Below are positions 63,576 to 64,000 of a stretch of DNA of 64,000 nt, in pieces (within the stretch, counting starts at the first letter, position 1; every line of letters starts with the position of its first letter). Source of the DNA: Saccostrea echinata (lineage: Eukaryota); the NCBI RefSeq assembly GCF_033153115.1, contig NW_026889750.1, positions 47,678,001-47,742,000 of the forward strand. Reading direction: 5' to 3'. The notes below the pieces were generated by a model, which searched no databases, was not told where the DNA came from, and worked only from the letters and a program-made list of their open reading frames with translations. The position numbers and the translations under genes were made by a program.

Positions 63576-64000
63576 GTAAGTTATATTCTGAAGGATACAG
63601 ACCTATCACAGATTGACAAGCCTTGTGTCACTTCATATTACATCTGAAGTAAAACATGTTGAGATTTGGTGAAAAAAATCTTATATGATTTTAATTTTAT
63701 TTGGACATTTGTACATGTATATAGCAAAAAAATAAAAAATGATAATAATAATAATAATATTAATACAGTCAATCCTCAGTAATCCAAACTCCAGTAATCT
63801 GAATGCTTCACCTTTGGGACAGAATATATCTACAAATTATAAAAAGTATGTTTCAGTAAGCTGAAGGTGACAATTTGCACAGGAACACAAGTATCCTTAT
63901 TGACAAGGACTCCTCTGTACACCGATTTCTCATTAATTGTTTAAAAAAAAGAAAGAAAACAAAAGAAGACATTAGTGTCATAGAAAAACTAATTTTGTTT

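Noticed and set aside
1-64000. tRNA, rRNA or snoRNA genes
   Set aside because: None recognisable by eye; a tRNAscan-SE/Infernal run would be needed to exclude small intronic RNAs.

Overview
AT-rich, intron-rich eukaryotic (animal) DNA. It is most likely a bivalve mollusc such as an oyster, inferred from a molluscan-type myosin essential light chain and Helentron/HINE-like satellite-carrying elements. Four host genes were spliced by hand: cohesin subunit SA/STAG (minus, 26 coding exons 17009->1312, running off the left edge), a complete myosin essential light chain (minus, 38952->34064), a complete TCTEX1D2/DYNLT2B (minus, 46532->40160) and the 5' part of an MCF2L/DBS-like Sec14-domain RhoGEF (plus, from 53156). 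An apparently intact 4.87-kb ISL2EU-type (PIF/Harbinger-related) DNA transposon lies at 28545-33416. It has perfect 28-bp TIRs, an AT TSD, a 4-exon THAP-HTH-DDE transposase and a convergent 3-exon SAP-SWIM-YqaJ exonuclease gene, and both genes share the same upstream motif. Introns are crowded with MITEs (TA, TTAA, 5-, 6- and 8-bp TSDs), some nested three deep. The most striking unexplained pattern is eight independent tandem arrays in all four host genes whose repeat unit is an exon/intron junction (exon end plus GT donor, once acceptor plus exon start). In each, the functional copy sits at the exon and the far end of the array is the most decayed. Most short ORFs in the supplied track are spurious.
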